Assembly (NCBI GenBank): GCA_963747235.1
Contig: CAVVEU010000024.1
Coordinates: forward strand, 224,001 to 288,000
Length of the DNA stretch: 64,000 nt
Direction of reading: 5' to 3'
Source: an uncultured Candidatus Rokubacteria bacterium
GTDB taxonomy: Bacteria > Methylomirabilota > Methylomirabilia > Rokubacteriales > CSP1-6
The position numbers and the translations under genes are program-made. Positions within the stretch are counted from its first letter, which is position 1. Every line of letters starts with the position of its first letter. Shown one piece after another: positions 1 through 10,112 of this stretch. The notes beneath the pieces were generated by a model. It was not told where the DNA came from and searched no databases. It saw only the letters and a program-made list of their open reading frames with translations.

Positions 1-676
1 CGGGGTTCTTGGCCTTGATCGGGGTCAGGAGCGGGTCGAAGTTCGACTTCTCCTCGGTGCCCTCGAAGCCCAGGACCTTGATGCCCTTCTTCTCGGCGTC
101 CGCCTTGAAGAATTCGGCGATGCTCTGCCCGTACTGGGTCTTGTCGTGCACGATGTAGGCGCTCTTGACCTTGAGGGTCCCGTGGACGAACTCGGAGCCC
201 ACCACGCCCTGCACGTCGTCACGCCCGCACACCCGGTTCACGTTGACGTAGTTGCGATCGGTGACGACCGGGTTGGTGTTGGCCGGAGAGACCATGGCCA
301 GCGTGACTTCCTTGTAGACCTCGGACGACGGGATCGCCACGCCCGAGTTCAGGTGGCCGATGACCACCATGATGTCCTTGTCCGCGATGATGTTCTTCGC
401 GTTGGCCACCCCGACGTCCGGCTTGGCCTGGTCGTCGAACGGCACGAAGTCGACCTTGTAGCCCATCTTCTCCAGGTTGCCCCGGAGCTTCTCGACCGCG
501 AGCTGGGCTCCGAGCTTGATGCCCTCGCCGAGCACGGCCTGGCCACCCGACAGGGGGCTCTGGGAGGCGATCTTGATGGTGCCCTTGGACTGGGCGTCGG
601 CGATGGAGGCCACCGGGAGCACCAGCGCCAACGCAGTAATCGCGGCGATGACCAGACGAAGTCGTGCGAGTTTCAT
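1..676 (-). CDS. livJ: Branched-chain amino acid ABC transporter substrate-binding protein (LivJ/LivK family), 3' end outside window
   Basis: Manual translation MKLARLRLVIAAITALALVLPVASIADAQSKGTIKIASQSPLSGGQAVLGEGIKLG...DDQAKPDVG...VIGHLNSGVAIPSSEVY; signal peptide; SD AGGAGGAGGA at 681-690. Not in the ORF track because it runs off the edge. Confidence 0.9.
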   Translation of the reverse strand, partial: MKLARLRLVIAAITALALVLPVASIADAQSKGTIKIASQSPLSGGQAVLGEGIKLGAQLAVEKLRGNLEKMGYKVDFVPFDDQAKPDVGVANAKNIIADKDIMVVIGHLNSGVAIPSSEVYKEVTLAMVSPANTNPVVTDRNYVNVNRVCGRDDVQGVVGSEFVHGTLKVKSAYIVHDKTQYGQSIAEFFKADAEKKGIKVLGFEGTEEKSNFDPLLTPIKAKNP

Positions 677-725
677 CGGCTCCTCCTCCTTGACCTGACG
701 GAAACGGGTGGGTTCAAGCGCGGCC

Positions 726-753
726 ATTATAGCGATTTCTGGACGATCGTCAA
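726..753 (-). promoter_or_regulatory. sigma70-type promoter TTGACG-N16-TATAAT for the Liv binding protein gene
   Basis: Read directly on the minus strand; the -35 overlaps the stop codon of the upstream TMTC-like gene. Confidence 0.7.
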
Positions 754-2661
754 CGGACGGGGAGCTCCGAGGCGGCCTGTGGATCGATCCGGCGGAGCAG
801 CTCCATCTGCTGCCGGGCCAGGTCGCCGCGGCCGGCGCCCTGGTAGGCCTGGACGAGCCAGAAGTGGGCGGGCACCGCGGAGGGATCCAGGGCGGCCGCG
901 CGCCGGAGGGCGAAGATCGCGTCGCCCGGGTGCCCCCGCTCGACCAGTGCCCGCCCCAGCAGCATGAGCGTCCCGGGGTCGTCTTCCACGAGAGCAACGG
1001 CCATCGCGAGCGGGGCGGAGGCCGGCCCGCCCGATGCTGCGGGGGCTGCGGGTGGCAGGCCCCGGGCCTGGAGCAGGAGCGGCACCGCATCCTCGAGCCG
1101 GCCCTGGAGCAGGTACAGCAGGCCGAGCCGTCCCAGGGCGTTTCGCGACCCCGGCAGGAGCTCGAGGTAGGTCCGGAAGGCTCCTTCCGCGTCGGCGTAC
1201 CGCGTCCGGACCGACAGGAGGGTCCCGAGGTTGAAGTAGGGGATGGGGTTGTCGGGCCGCAGCTCGATGGCGCGGCGCAGGTGCGCCTCGGCCTCGTCGA
1301 GCCGGGCTTGGCCCAGCTCGGCCGTGGTGATCGCGGAGCCCAGGTTCCCGTGGCAGAGGGAGCAGGCCGGGTCCATCTCGACCGCCCACCGCCAGAGGGT
1401 CTCCGAGTCCCGCCAGACCTGGGCCTGGGTCCAGGTGGCGAGGCCCAGCGCCAGGACGACGAGAGCCGCGCCTGCCACGAGCACCGAGACGGTGGTCATC
1501 GTCGCGCGACCCCGCTCCCGGAGACGCAGGACCCCGAGGACTCCCGCGCCGGCCAGCACCGCGAACCCGAGGCCGGAGAGGTAGCTGTAGCGGTCGTTGA
1601 CGAGCTGGCTGCCCGCATGCACGACGCCGCTGATCGGGAGCACCATCAGCGCCGAGTAGGTCCACGCGGTGAGGCCTCCCGGCCATCGGGCCCGCGCGAG
1701 GACGAGGACCGCGGTCACGCCGGTGACGCCCAGCAGGGCGGGGAGAAAGGGCCAGCTCGCGAGGTCGACCCGGGCGGGCAGCTCGTACATCGGGGAGAGC
1801 CGAACCGGCAAGAGGAATTTGGCCGGATAGAAGAGGAAGCTGTAGGCAACCATGCCGATACGGGCGGCCACGCCGTACGATTCGTACGAGGTCACGCCGG
1901 CGCCGCGGGGGAGGGCAATCAGCGCCACCACTGCCGCGGCCGCGGCCAGCGCCGCGTACGGGATCTTCTCGAGAACCAGCCGTTTCCAACCGGCGCTCCA
2001 CCGCCGGAGCGGGTAGGAATCCAGCAGGAGCAGGATCGCGGGCAGGGGCATGGCGGCCGCCTTCGACAGGAGGGCCGCTGCGAAGGCCAGCCAGGGACAG
2101 CGCCTGCCAGATCGACCGCGGACGACCTTCTCGGTCGAGGCCCTTGAGATATGCCAGGACGGCGAGCAGGAAGAACAGCCCGCAGAGCACATCGCGCCGC
2201 TCGGTGATCCACGCCACCGATTCGACGCGCAGCGGGTGAAGGCCCCACACCAGAGCCGCGAACGCCCCGGCCACCGCGATGGAGCCGGTCGTGTGCCCAT
2301 CCCGGGAGCCGCCGCCCTGCGCCGCGGCGAGAAGGCGGCGGGCAATCAGATACACGAGCGTCGTGTTGGCGGCATGCAGGAGCAGGTTCCCGAGGTGGTA
2401 ACCCCAGGGGTTCATTCCGCCGAGGGCGTAGTTCAGCCCGAAGCTCAGCCAGGTCACCGGGATGTAGTGGCCCATGAGGGTGGCGCCCAGCATCCACTTG
2501 ATCTGCGGCCAGCCCAGGCCACGGTAGTGGGGGTTCGCCACGAAGTTGACCGAGTCGTCCCAGTTGAGAAATTCTCCACGCAGCGCCGGAAGGAACACGG
2601 CGCCGGTGATGAGGAAGACCAGGGGCGGCAGGAGCAGACGGAGACGTCCGGGGAGCCTCAT
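750..2661 (-). CDS. TMTC-like GT-C glycosyltransferase with C-terminal TPRs, paralogue 1 (one +1 frameshift near 2091)
   Basis: ORF 727..2661 N-terminus (NWDD, GHYIPVTW, YHLGNLLLH, HPLRVESVAWITERRD) joins ORF 750..2345 (LLSK, NDRYSYLS, WRDSETLW, TPRs); span is 3n+1. Confidence 0.8.
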
Positions 2662-4406
2662 GGCCGCGGCGATGGGCCGGCGGAGACGACCCGCGCCTCG
2701 GCGAGGAGCATCTCGGCTTCGCCGCCCCGCCCCTGCGCCTGGAGCCCCTGGGCCTGACCTTCGAGGGCCTGGACCAGATAGCGTCGCAGGTCAGGGGTCC
2801 CGGGCTTCAGGACGAACGCGGTCCGCAGGAGCGGCACGGCCGGCTCGTAGCGACCCTGCAGCAGGTACACCAGGCCCAGGCGCTCGGGGCCGGAGACGGA
2901 CCAGGGCGCGCGCTCCATGAAGGCGCGGAGGGGCGCCTCCGCGTCGGCATACCGCCCCTGGAGCACGAGGGCCGTCCCGAGGTTGTAGTACGCGTCGGGG
3001 AGATCCGGCCGCAAGGCGATGGCGCGGCGGAACAGCCCCTCCGCCTCCGCGGCCCGCGTCTGGCCCCCCGGCCCGCCGAGGGCACTCTCTCCGAGCTTGC
3101 CGTGGCAGACGCTGCAGCTCCGGATCCACCTCGACCGCCCAGCGCCACAGGGTCTCTGACTCCCTCCAGACCAGGCCGTAGCTCCACGTGGTGACACCGA
3201 GCCCCACGATCGCGATGAGGCCCGCGACCGCGACGGCACCATCCCATCGAACGGGTCAGCGCTCCCTCCCGGACGAGCCGGATCAGGCCGAGCACCCCAC
3301 CACCAACGAGCACCGCGAAGCCCATGCCGGAGAGATAGGTGTAGCGGTCGGGCGACAGGTCGACACCCTGCCGCACCACCGCGCTCGTCGGGGCAAGCAT
3401 GAGCACCGAGAACGTCCAGGCGGCCAGCCCGCCGGGCCATCGTGCGCGCAGCCCGATCAGCACCGCGGTGACGAGAACCACGCCGGCCAGGGCCAGGGCG
3501 AACCTGGGCTCGAGCGGACTGATCCGCGCCGGCATCTCGTAGAGCGGCGACAGGGCGGCCGGCCAGATCACCCGGAACGGGGCGATGAGGAAGCTGTAGG
3601 CGGCCGCCGCGAGCCGGGCGAAGCCACCGTGCTCGGAGATCTGGGTGAGGACCGCGCCCTGGCGGACCGCGTAGATCGACGGCTCCCGCCCCCGCGAGCG
3701 TGACCAGCAGGAGCGGCAGCTTCTCCCGCACCAGGGGCCGGACGCCGAGCCGGCGGAGTCGGCGAAGCGGGTAGACGTCGAGGAGGAGCAGCGCCCCCAC
3801 GAACGGCAGCGCGGCTCCCTTGGAGAGCAGGGCGGCTGCGAGCGTGAGGGAGGCGACGAGGATGAGTCCACGACGGGCAGGTCCCCCGGTCTCGACCGCG
3901 CGGAGATAGACCCACGTCGTGAGGAGCACGAAGGTGGCGCAGAGCAGGTCGGCGCGACCGGTGATCCAGGCCACCGGCTCGACCCGGAGCGGATGAACGC
4001 CCCACACCAGCGCGGCGACCGCGGCGGCCGCGCAAAGGTCGGGTCCGCGCCGTCCGGCTTGGCCTCCATCGGCGATCGCGGCGGCCAGGAGCCGCCGGGC
4101 CACGAAGTAGAAGAGGACGGCATTGCCCGTGTGCAGCAGCACGTTCACCAGGTGATAGCCCCAGGGGTTCATCCCGCCCAGGACCCAGTTGAGGCTCCAG
4201 GTGAGGCGGGTCAGCGGGATGTAGTGGCCGAAGGCCACGCTCGTGAAGGCCCAGCGGACATGCTCGGGGCCGAGCCCACGATAGGCGGGATTCTCGAGGA
4301 AGTTCACGTTGTCGTCCCAGTTGAGGAACGAGCCGGACAGCGTGGGCAGGAAGGCCGCCGCGGTCAGGATGGCGACGGCGAGCGGGACGAGCCCGCGGCG
4401 GATCAT
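2658..4406 (-). CDS. TMTC-like GT-C glycosyltransferase with TPRs, paralogue 2 (about three frameshifts, near 3680, 3230, 3120)
   Basis: NWDD, GHYIPLT, HPLRVEPVAWITGRAD, LLSK; central PDRYTYLS segment lies in ORF 2807..4123 and WRESETLW in ORF 2791..3207; ATGA overlaps with both neighbours. Confidence 0.8.
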   Translation of the reverse strand: MIRRGLVPLAVAILTAAAFLPTLSGSFLNWDDNVNFLENPAYRGLGPEHVRWAFTSVAFGHYIPLTRLTWSLNWVLGGMNPWGYHLVNVLLHTGNAVLFYFVARRLLAAAIADGGQAGRRGPDLCAAAAVAALVWGVHPLRVEPVAWITGRADLLCATFVLLTTWVYLRAVETGGPARRGLILVASLTLAAALLSKGAALPFVGALLLLDVYPLRRLRRLGVRPLVREKLPLLLVTLAGAGAVDLRGPPGRGPHPDLRARWLRPARGGRLQLPHRPVPGDLAGRPVAALRDAGADQSARAQVRPGPGRRGSRHRGADRAARTMARRAGRLDVLGAHACPDERGGAAGCRPVARPLHLSLRHGLRGARWWWGARPDPARPGGSADPFDGMVPSRSRASSRSWGSVSPRGATAWSGGSQRPCGAGRSRWIRSCSVCHGKLGESALGGPGGQTRAAEAEGLFRRAIALRPDLPDAYYNLGTALVLQGRYADAEAPLRAFMERAPWSVSGPERLGLVYLLQGRYEPAVPLLRTAFVLKPGTPDLRRYLVQALEGQAQGLQAQGRGGEAEMLLAEARVVSAGPSPRP

Positions 4407-6292
4407 CGGAGCTTGGGCGGCCGCCCGGGGTCGGCCCGGAACTGCGCGAGCAGCCGCTCGGCCTCCGCGTCCCCGGGCCGAAGCGCGGCCGCCCGCTCCA
4501 GGTGCGCACCCGCCGCGTCGGTCCGCCCGCGCTCCCAGAGCGCGAGGCCGAGGTTGCGATGGATCTCGGGATCGTCGGGGGTGAGGTCGAGCGCCTCCCG
4601 GAAGAGCTCCTCGGCCTCGGGGAAGTGGCCCGCGCGCGTCTGCACGATCCCGTCGTTGCGCAGCGCCAGCACCAGGTGGGCCCGGAGCCCTGCGTGCTCG
4701 GGAGATTTCGCAAACGCGGCGCGCAGCAGCGCCACCGCTTCGGCATGCCGACCGCCTCGCGCGTACAGGATCCCCAGGTTGACCAGCGGCGTGACACGGT
4801 CGGGAGCCAGCTGGATCGCCCGGCGGAACGCCGCCTCCGCTTCCTGGTCCGCATGCCGCTGGGCCAGAACGATCCCCAGCGTGTTGTAGGAGCTATCGTG
4901 GGTCGGGTCGATGGACAGAGCGTACCGGGCCAGCTGTTCCGCTTCCCGCAGCCGCGCGGCATTGTCGGAGTCGACGAGGAGCGCCGCGAGGTTGTCGGCG
5001 CAGATCGCGCAGCGGGGGTCCGCCTCCACGCCCCAGCGCCAGAGCGTCTCCGAGTCCAGCCAGACACGGCTCTGCTGCCAGCTCCCGACTCCGAGGGCGG
5101 CCACGCCGAGGGCCGCGACGCCGAGGGCCCCCGCCGCCACCGGGCGGCTCACGCGCCGATCTCCGGTGGCGCGCAGGATCCACGCGATTGCCCCTCCGGC
5201 CACCAGCGCGAAGCCGAGTCCCGAGAGATAGCTGTAGCGGTCGTGCGCCAGCTGGAAGCCGGCGTGCACGACCCCACTGATCGGCAGGAGCATCATGGCG
5301 GAGTACACCCAGGCCGCCAGGCCACCGGGCCACCGCTTCCGCAGGAGTACGAGCAGGGTGGTGACCGCGACGAGCCCGAGGACCGGGAGCAGGAATCTCG
5401 GGGAGAGCGGGTCGAGCCGGGCGGGCAACTCGTACATGGGCGAGAGGCGGACCGGCCAGGCCCACGTGGAGGGGTAGAACCAGAAGCTATAGGCCACCAT
5501 CGTCACGCGAGCTTCCGGGCCGTAAGCGGCGTACGGCGTGATGCGCAGCCCGGACAGGCGGAGCGCGACCAGCGCCCCGACCGCGCCGGCCAGCGCCAGC
5601 GCCCAGTACCCCGCTTTCTCGACGACGAGCCGCCGCCACGTGAAGGCGTTGCGCCGCAGCGGGTAGACGTCGAGCAGCACGAGCACGGCGGGCAGCGTCA
5701 TCACCGAGGCCTTGGACAGGAGGCCCGCCGTGAACAGCAAGAGGGAATACGTCCGCCAGCGGGGCTCGAGGCGCTCGCCCGCCTCCACGCCCCGCAGGTA
5801 GGCGAGGATCGCGGCGAGAAAGAAGAGCCCGCTGAGCACGTCACGCCGCTCGGTGATCCACGCCACCGACTCGACGCGCAGCGGGTGCAGCGCGAACACC
5901 AGCGCCGCGGTGGCCGCGCCCGCGACCAGGAGCGCCTCCCGGTGCGCCGTCTGCCGCCCTCCGTCGCGGGCGGCCGCGAGCAGGCGTCGCGCGACGAGAT
6001 AGAACAGGATGGCGTTCGCGGCATGAATGAGCAGGCTGACGAGGTGATAGCCCCACGGGTTCATGCCTCCCGCGACGTAGTTCGCGGAGAGGCTGAGCCA
6101 GGTGAGGGGGATGTAGTGCCCCATCCGCACATTGCTGAACGCCCACCGGATCTGCGCCCATCCGAGCCCGCGGTACGACTCGTTCGTCAGGAAGTTGACA
6201 TCGTCGTCCCAGGTCAGGAACTTGCCGTCGAGCGCGGGCAGGAACGCCACGACGCTCAGGATGCCGATCACGAGGGCGAGCAGGCGGCGCAT
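4403..6292 (-). CDS. TMTC-like GT-C glycosyltransferase with TPRs, paralogue 3 (intact, 629 aa)
   Basis: Starts MRRLLALVIGILSVVAFLPALDGKFLTWDDD; HPLRVESVAWITERRD, LLSK, HDRYSYLS, WLDSETLW, multiple TPRs. It is the C-terminal part of the 841-aa track ORF. Confidence 0.85.
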   Translation of the reverse strand: MRRLLALVIGILSVVAFLPALDGKFLTWDDDVNFLTNESYRGLGWAQIRWAFSNVRMGHYIPLTWLSLSANYVAGGMNPWGYHLVSLLIHAANAILFYLVARRLLAAARDGGRQTAHREALLVAGAATAALVFALHPLRVESVAWITERRDVLSGLFFLAAILAYLRGVEAGERLEPRWRTYSLLLFTAGLLSKASVMTLPAVLVLLDVYPLRRNAFTWRRLVVEKAGYWALALAGAVGALVALRLSGLRITPYAAYGPEARVTMVAYSFWFYPSTWAWPVRLSPMYELPARLDPLSPRFLLPVLGLVAVTTLLVLLRKRWPGGLAAWVYSAMMLLPISGVVHAGFQLAHDRYSYLSGLGFALVAGGAIAWILRATGDRRVSRPVAAGALGVAALGVAALGVGSWQQSRVWLDSETLWRWGVEADPRCAICADNLAALLVDSDNAARLREAEQLARYALSIDPTHDSSYNTLGIVLAQRHADQEAEAAFRRAIQLAPDRVTPLVNLGILYARGGRHAEAVALLRAAFAKSPEHAGLRAHLVLALRNDGIVQTRAGHFPEAEELFREALDLTPDDPEIHRNLGLALWERGRTDAAGAHLERAAALRPGDAEAERLLAQFRADPGRPPKLR

Positions 6293-6303
6293 GCGCGAGG
6301 GGC

Positions 6304-6928
6304 CTATCGGTCCGGGGCCATGCCGAGGAAGGCTCGCGTCGCGGCCTCGGGATCCGGTGCCGCGCATACGGCGGAGATCACGGCGACCGCGTCCGCCCCC
6401 GCGGTGAGTACCGCCCGCGCGTTGTCCGCGGTGATGCCCCCGATCCCCACGAGCGGAACCGGGACTTCCGGCCGCACCCGACGGATCAGCTCCGGCCCCA
6501 CCAGCTGGAAGCCGGCCTTCGTCGTGGTCGGATAGATGCTGCCCACCGCGACGTAGTCGGCGCCGTCCGCCACTGCGCTGCCGCGCCTGCTCGGGGTCGT
6601 GGGTCGACACCCCCAGGATCATCCCGGGCCGCAGGATCTGGCGGGCCCGGCGCGCGGGCAGATCGTCCTGGCCCACGTGAAGTCCGTCGGCGCCCGCGGC
6701 CAGCGCGAGGTCGGCCCGGTCGTTCACGATGAAGAGCGCGCCGACCTCACGGCATCGCCGCGCGAGCTGCCGCGCGAGCGGCAGGAGCTCGGCGAGCGGC
6801 ATGGTCTTCTCGCGGAGCTGGATGAGCCGGCCGCCGCCGCCCAGGACCGCGTCCAGCAGGGCGGGCAGATCGCGGCCGCGAGCGACCGACCGGTCGAGGA
6901 TCGCGTACAGCGGCGAGGGGAGCCGCAC
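6304..6928 (-). CDS. thiE: Thiamine-phosphate synthase (one +1 frameshift near 6575)
   Basis: IQLREK, FIVNDRADLALAAGADGLHVGQDD, GVSTH, then in a second frame GADYVAVGSIYPTTTK and VGIGGI. Confidence 0.9.
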
Positions 6929-6938
6929 CGCGGCGCCC

Positions 6939-8273
6939 CTAGAGGTTCTGCTCGAGCCGGGCCAGCGTTGATCCGCCCGCCACGAACGCCGGGTCGGCCA
7001 GCAGCTTCAGGTGATAGGGGATCGTGGTCTTGATGCCCTCGACGACCGTCTCGTGGAGTGCCCGCTGCATGCGGGCGATCGCCTCGTTGCGATCGCGACC
7101 GTGGACGATGATCTTGGCGATGAGCGAGTCGTAGTAGGGCGGCACCATGTAGCCGGTCATCATGTGGCTGTCCACGCGGACCCCGGGTCCGCCCGGGGCG
7201 ATCCAGGCGGTCACGCGGCCCGGGGAGGGAATGAAGTGCTCGGGATCCTCCGCGTTGATGCGGCACTCGATGGCGTGGCCGGTGAAGGTCACCGCGCTCT
7301 GCTTGTACCCGAGCGCCTCCCCGGAGGCGATCCGGATCTGCTCGCGGACGATGTCGATGCCGGTGATCATCTCGGTCACCGGGTGCTCGACCTGGATGCG
7401 GGTATTCATCTCGATGAAGTAGAACTGCCCCTCCCGGTCCACCAGGAACTCCACCGTGCCCGCCGACACGTAGTTGACCGCGTTCGACACCGCGAGCGCC
7501 GACTTGTGGAGGCCGGCGCGGGTCTCCGGCGCGAGCGCGGGCGCGGGACCCTCCTCGAGGAGCTTCTGATGCCGGCGCTGCACGGAGCAATCGCGCTCGC
7601 CCAGGTGCAGGCGCATGCCGTTCTTGTCTCCGAGCACCTGCACTTCCACGTGCCGGGCGTCTTCCACGAACTTCTCGAGGTAGAGCTCGGAGGATCCGAA
7701 CGCGGCGCCCGCCTCGGCCTGGCACGTCGTGTAGGCGCGGGCCAGCGCCTCCCGCTCGCGCACGATGCGCATCCCGCGTCCGCCGCCTCCCGCCGCCGCC
7801 TTGACGATGACCGGATACCCCATCGAGTCCGCGAGGGCCTGCGCCTCGTCCACACCGGCCAGCGGCCCCTCGCTGCCCGGGACCACCGGCGCGCCCGCGT
7901 GCTTGGCCATCTCCCGGGCCTGGGCCTTGTCGCCCATGAGGCGGATGGCCTCGGGGGACGGGCCGATGAAGGTGATGCCGCACGCGCGGCAGATCTCCGC
8001 GAAGGCGGAGTTCTCGGCGAGGAGGCCGTAGCCGGGATGGATCGCCTCGCTGTCGGTGATCGCGGCCGCCGAGATGATGCTCGGGATGTTGAGGTAGCTG
8101 AGGCGCGCCTCGGGCGGGCCGATGCAGACGGACTCGTCGGCCAGGCGCACCGGCAGGGAGTCGGCGTCGGCGGTGGAGTGGGCGATCACGGTGCGGATTC
8201 CCATCTCGCGGCACGCCCGGATGACCCGGAGCGCGATCTCGCCCCGGTTGGCGATGAGGATCTTGTGGAACAT
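6939..8273 (-). CDS. accC: Acetyl-CoA carboxylase biotin carboxylase subunit
   Basis: KILIANRGEIALR, HPGYG, KAAAGGGGRGMR, RDCSVQRRHQK, EMNTRIQVEHPVTE, PPYYDSLIAK. Confidence 0.97.
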   Translation of the reverse strand: MFHKILIANRGEIALRVIRACREMGIRTVIAHSTADADSLPVRLADESVCIGPPEARLSYLNIPSIISAAAITDSEAIHPGYGLLAENSAFAEICRACGITFIGPSPEAIRLMGDKAQAREMAKHAGAPVVPGSEGPLAGVDEAQALADSMGYPVIVKAAAGGGGRGMRIVREREALARAYTTCQAEAGAAFGSSELYLEKFVEDARHVEVQVLGDKNGMRLHLGERDCSVQRRHQKLLEEGPAPALAPETRAGLHKSALAVSNAVNYVSAGTVEFLVDREGQFYFIEMNTRIQVEHPVTEMITGIDIVREQIRIASGEALGYKQSAVTFTGHAIECRINAEDPEHFIPSPGRVTAWIAPGGPGVRVDSHMMTGYMVPPYYDSLIAKIIVHGRDRNEAIARMQRALHETVVEGIKTTIPYHLKLLADPAFVAGGSTLARLEQNL

Positions 8274-8283
8274 CAGCCGAGGG

Positions 8284-8767
<484 letters not shown>

Positions 8768-8768
8768 G

Positions 8769-9338
8769 CTAGCCCGCCGCCGACACGCGGCCGAGGTACT
8801 CGCCGCTGCGGGTATCGACCTTCACCACGTCGCCCTCGTTGAGGAAGAGCGGCACCTGCACCACCGCGCCGGTCTCGAGGGTGGCGGGCTTGGAGCCGCC
8901 GGAGGCGGTGTCGCCGCGGATGCCGGGATCCGTCTTGGCGATCTGCAGCTCGATGAAGTTCGGCAGCTCCACCGTGACCGGGCTCGCGTCGATGAACAGG
9001 ATCTCCACCTCGGTGTTCTCCTTGAGGAAGTCGCGCGCGTCGCCGACCTCCTCGGCGGACAGGGAGATCTGGTCGTACGTGTCGAGATCCATGAAGTTGT
9101 ACCGATCGTCCTTGTACAGGAACTGCATCCGCTTCTCTTCGAAGTCGACCAGCTCGACCTTCTCGCCCGCGCGGAACGTGTTGTCGATCACCCGCCCGAG
9201 CTTCATGTGCTTGAGCTTGGTACGGACGAACGCGCCGCCCTTGCCGGGCTTGACGTGCTGGAAGTCGACGATCGTGTACGGCGCGCCGTCGAACTGGATC
9301 TTCATGCCCTTCTTGAACTCGGCCGTGGACACCACCAT
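8769..9338 (-). CDS. efp: Elongation factor P
   Basis: [44 protein letters not shown]. Confidence 0.97.
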   Translation of the reverse strand: MVVSTAEFKKGMKIQFDGAPYTIVDFQHVKPGKGGAFVRTKLKHMKLGRVIDNTFRAGEKVELVDFEEKRMQFLYKDDRYNFMDLDTYDQISLSAEEVGDARDFLKENTEVEILFIDASPVTVELPNFIELQIAKTDPGIRGDTASGGSKPATLETGAVVQVPLFLNEGDVVKVDTRSGEYLGRVSAAG

Positions 9339-9342
9339 GCGG

Positions 9343-10008
9343 TCAGGACCCTTTCCGTCGTTGAGTCTTGAGTCGGAGCGCCTCTTCGAGGCCCTCCCGG
9401 GCCCGGGCATGGCCCAGGTCGCGAGCGAGCAGACGCAGGAAGATCTGCGCCGCCTCGTCGACCAGCCCCTGCTCGAGGCAGAGCGAGCCGAAGCTCAACG
9501 TCGCGAACGTGTCGTCGGTCAACAGCTGCTTGAGAGCGGAACCCTCCGCAACGGTTCCGCCGGCCCCCAGCACGTCCAGGAGCGCCCGCGACTCGCGATC
9601 ACCCGGATCCAGGCGCACCGCGTGCTCCAGGTGGGAGACCGCGTCCGTGAGAGCGCCGGCCCGACGATACAGGTCGCCGGCCAGCCGATGCGCCTGCGCC
9701 TCCTGCGGGCTGGTCTCGAGGATGGTCCGAACCTCGCTCATCGCCCCGTCCGGGTCCCCGTCGTCCAGCAGGGCCTTGGCCAGGATCAGACGCGCCGTGA
9801 CGTACTGCGGGAACCGCTCGAGACCCTCCCGGCAGAGCCGGATGGCGTCGCGGCTCCGCCCCGTCTTTCGATAGGCGTCGGCCAGGGGCGCGAAGGCCAG
9901 TGACGTGGGGTCCTTGGCCAACCGATCCTCGTATCGACGGATCGCGCTGAGGGTAGCCGGATCATCGGGCGTCAGGGTCCCGCCGATCGGAGAGACCGGG
10001 TTTGCCAT
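9343..10008 (-). CDS. Tetratricopeptide repeat protein
   Basis: [18 protein letters not shown]...TPR-like helices; C-terminal [15 protein letters not shown] motif; first gene of the efp-acc operon. Confidence 0.75.
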   Translation of the reverse strand: MANPVSPIGGTLTPDDPATLSAIRRYEDRLAKDPTSLAFAPLADAYRKTGRSRDAIRLCREGLERFPQYVTARLILAKALLDDGDPDGAMSEVRTILETSPQEAQAHRLAGDLYRRAGALTDAVSHLEHAVRLDPGDRESRALLDVLGAGGTVAEGSALKQLLTDDTFATLSFGSLCLEQGLVDEAAQIFLRLLARDLGHARAREGLEEALRLKTQRRKGS

Positions 10009-10017
10009 CCACCTTTT

Positions 10018-10046
10018 GTTATACGCGGCAGGGCTTGCTGAGTCAA
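10018..10046 (-). promoter_or_regulatory. sigma70 promoter TTGACT-N17-TATAAC for the TPR-efp-accBC-thiE-TMTC operon
   Basis: Near-consensus hexamers with 17-bp spacing, 9 nt upstream of ATG 10008. Confidence 0.75.
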
Positions 10047-10112
10047 TCATTCCAGCACCCTGCAACGACTATCGGCTTGGCCGGGATAAGCCGATATGGG
10101 AGATTGAAGGTG

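Noticed and set aside
4403-6928. 841-aa ThiE-TMTC fusion ORF
   Set aside because: Produced by a +1 error in thiE; the ThiE C-terminus with its own stop is in another frame (6304-6573) and TMTC starts at 6292.
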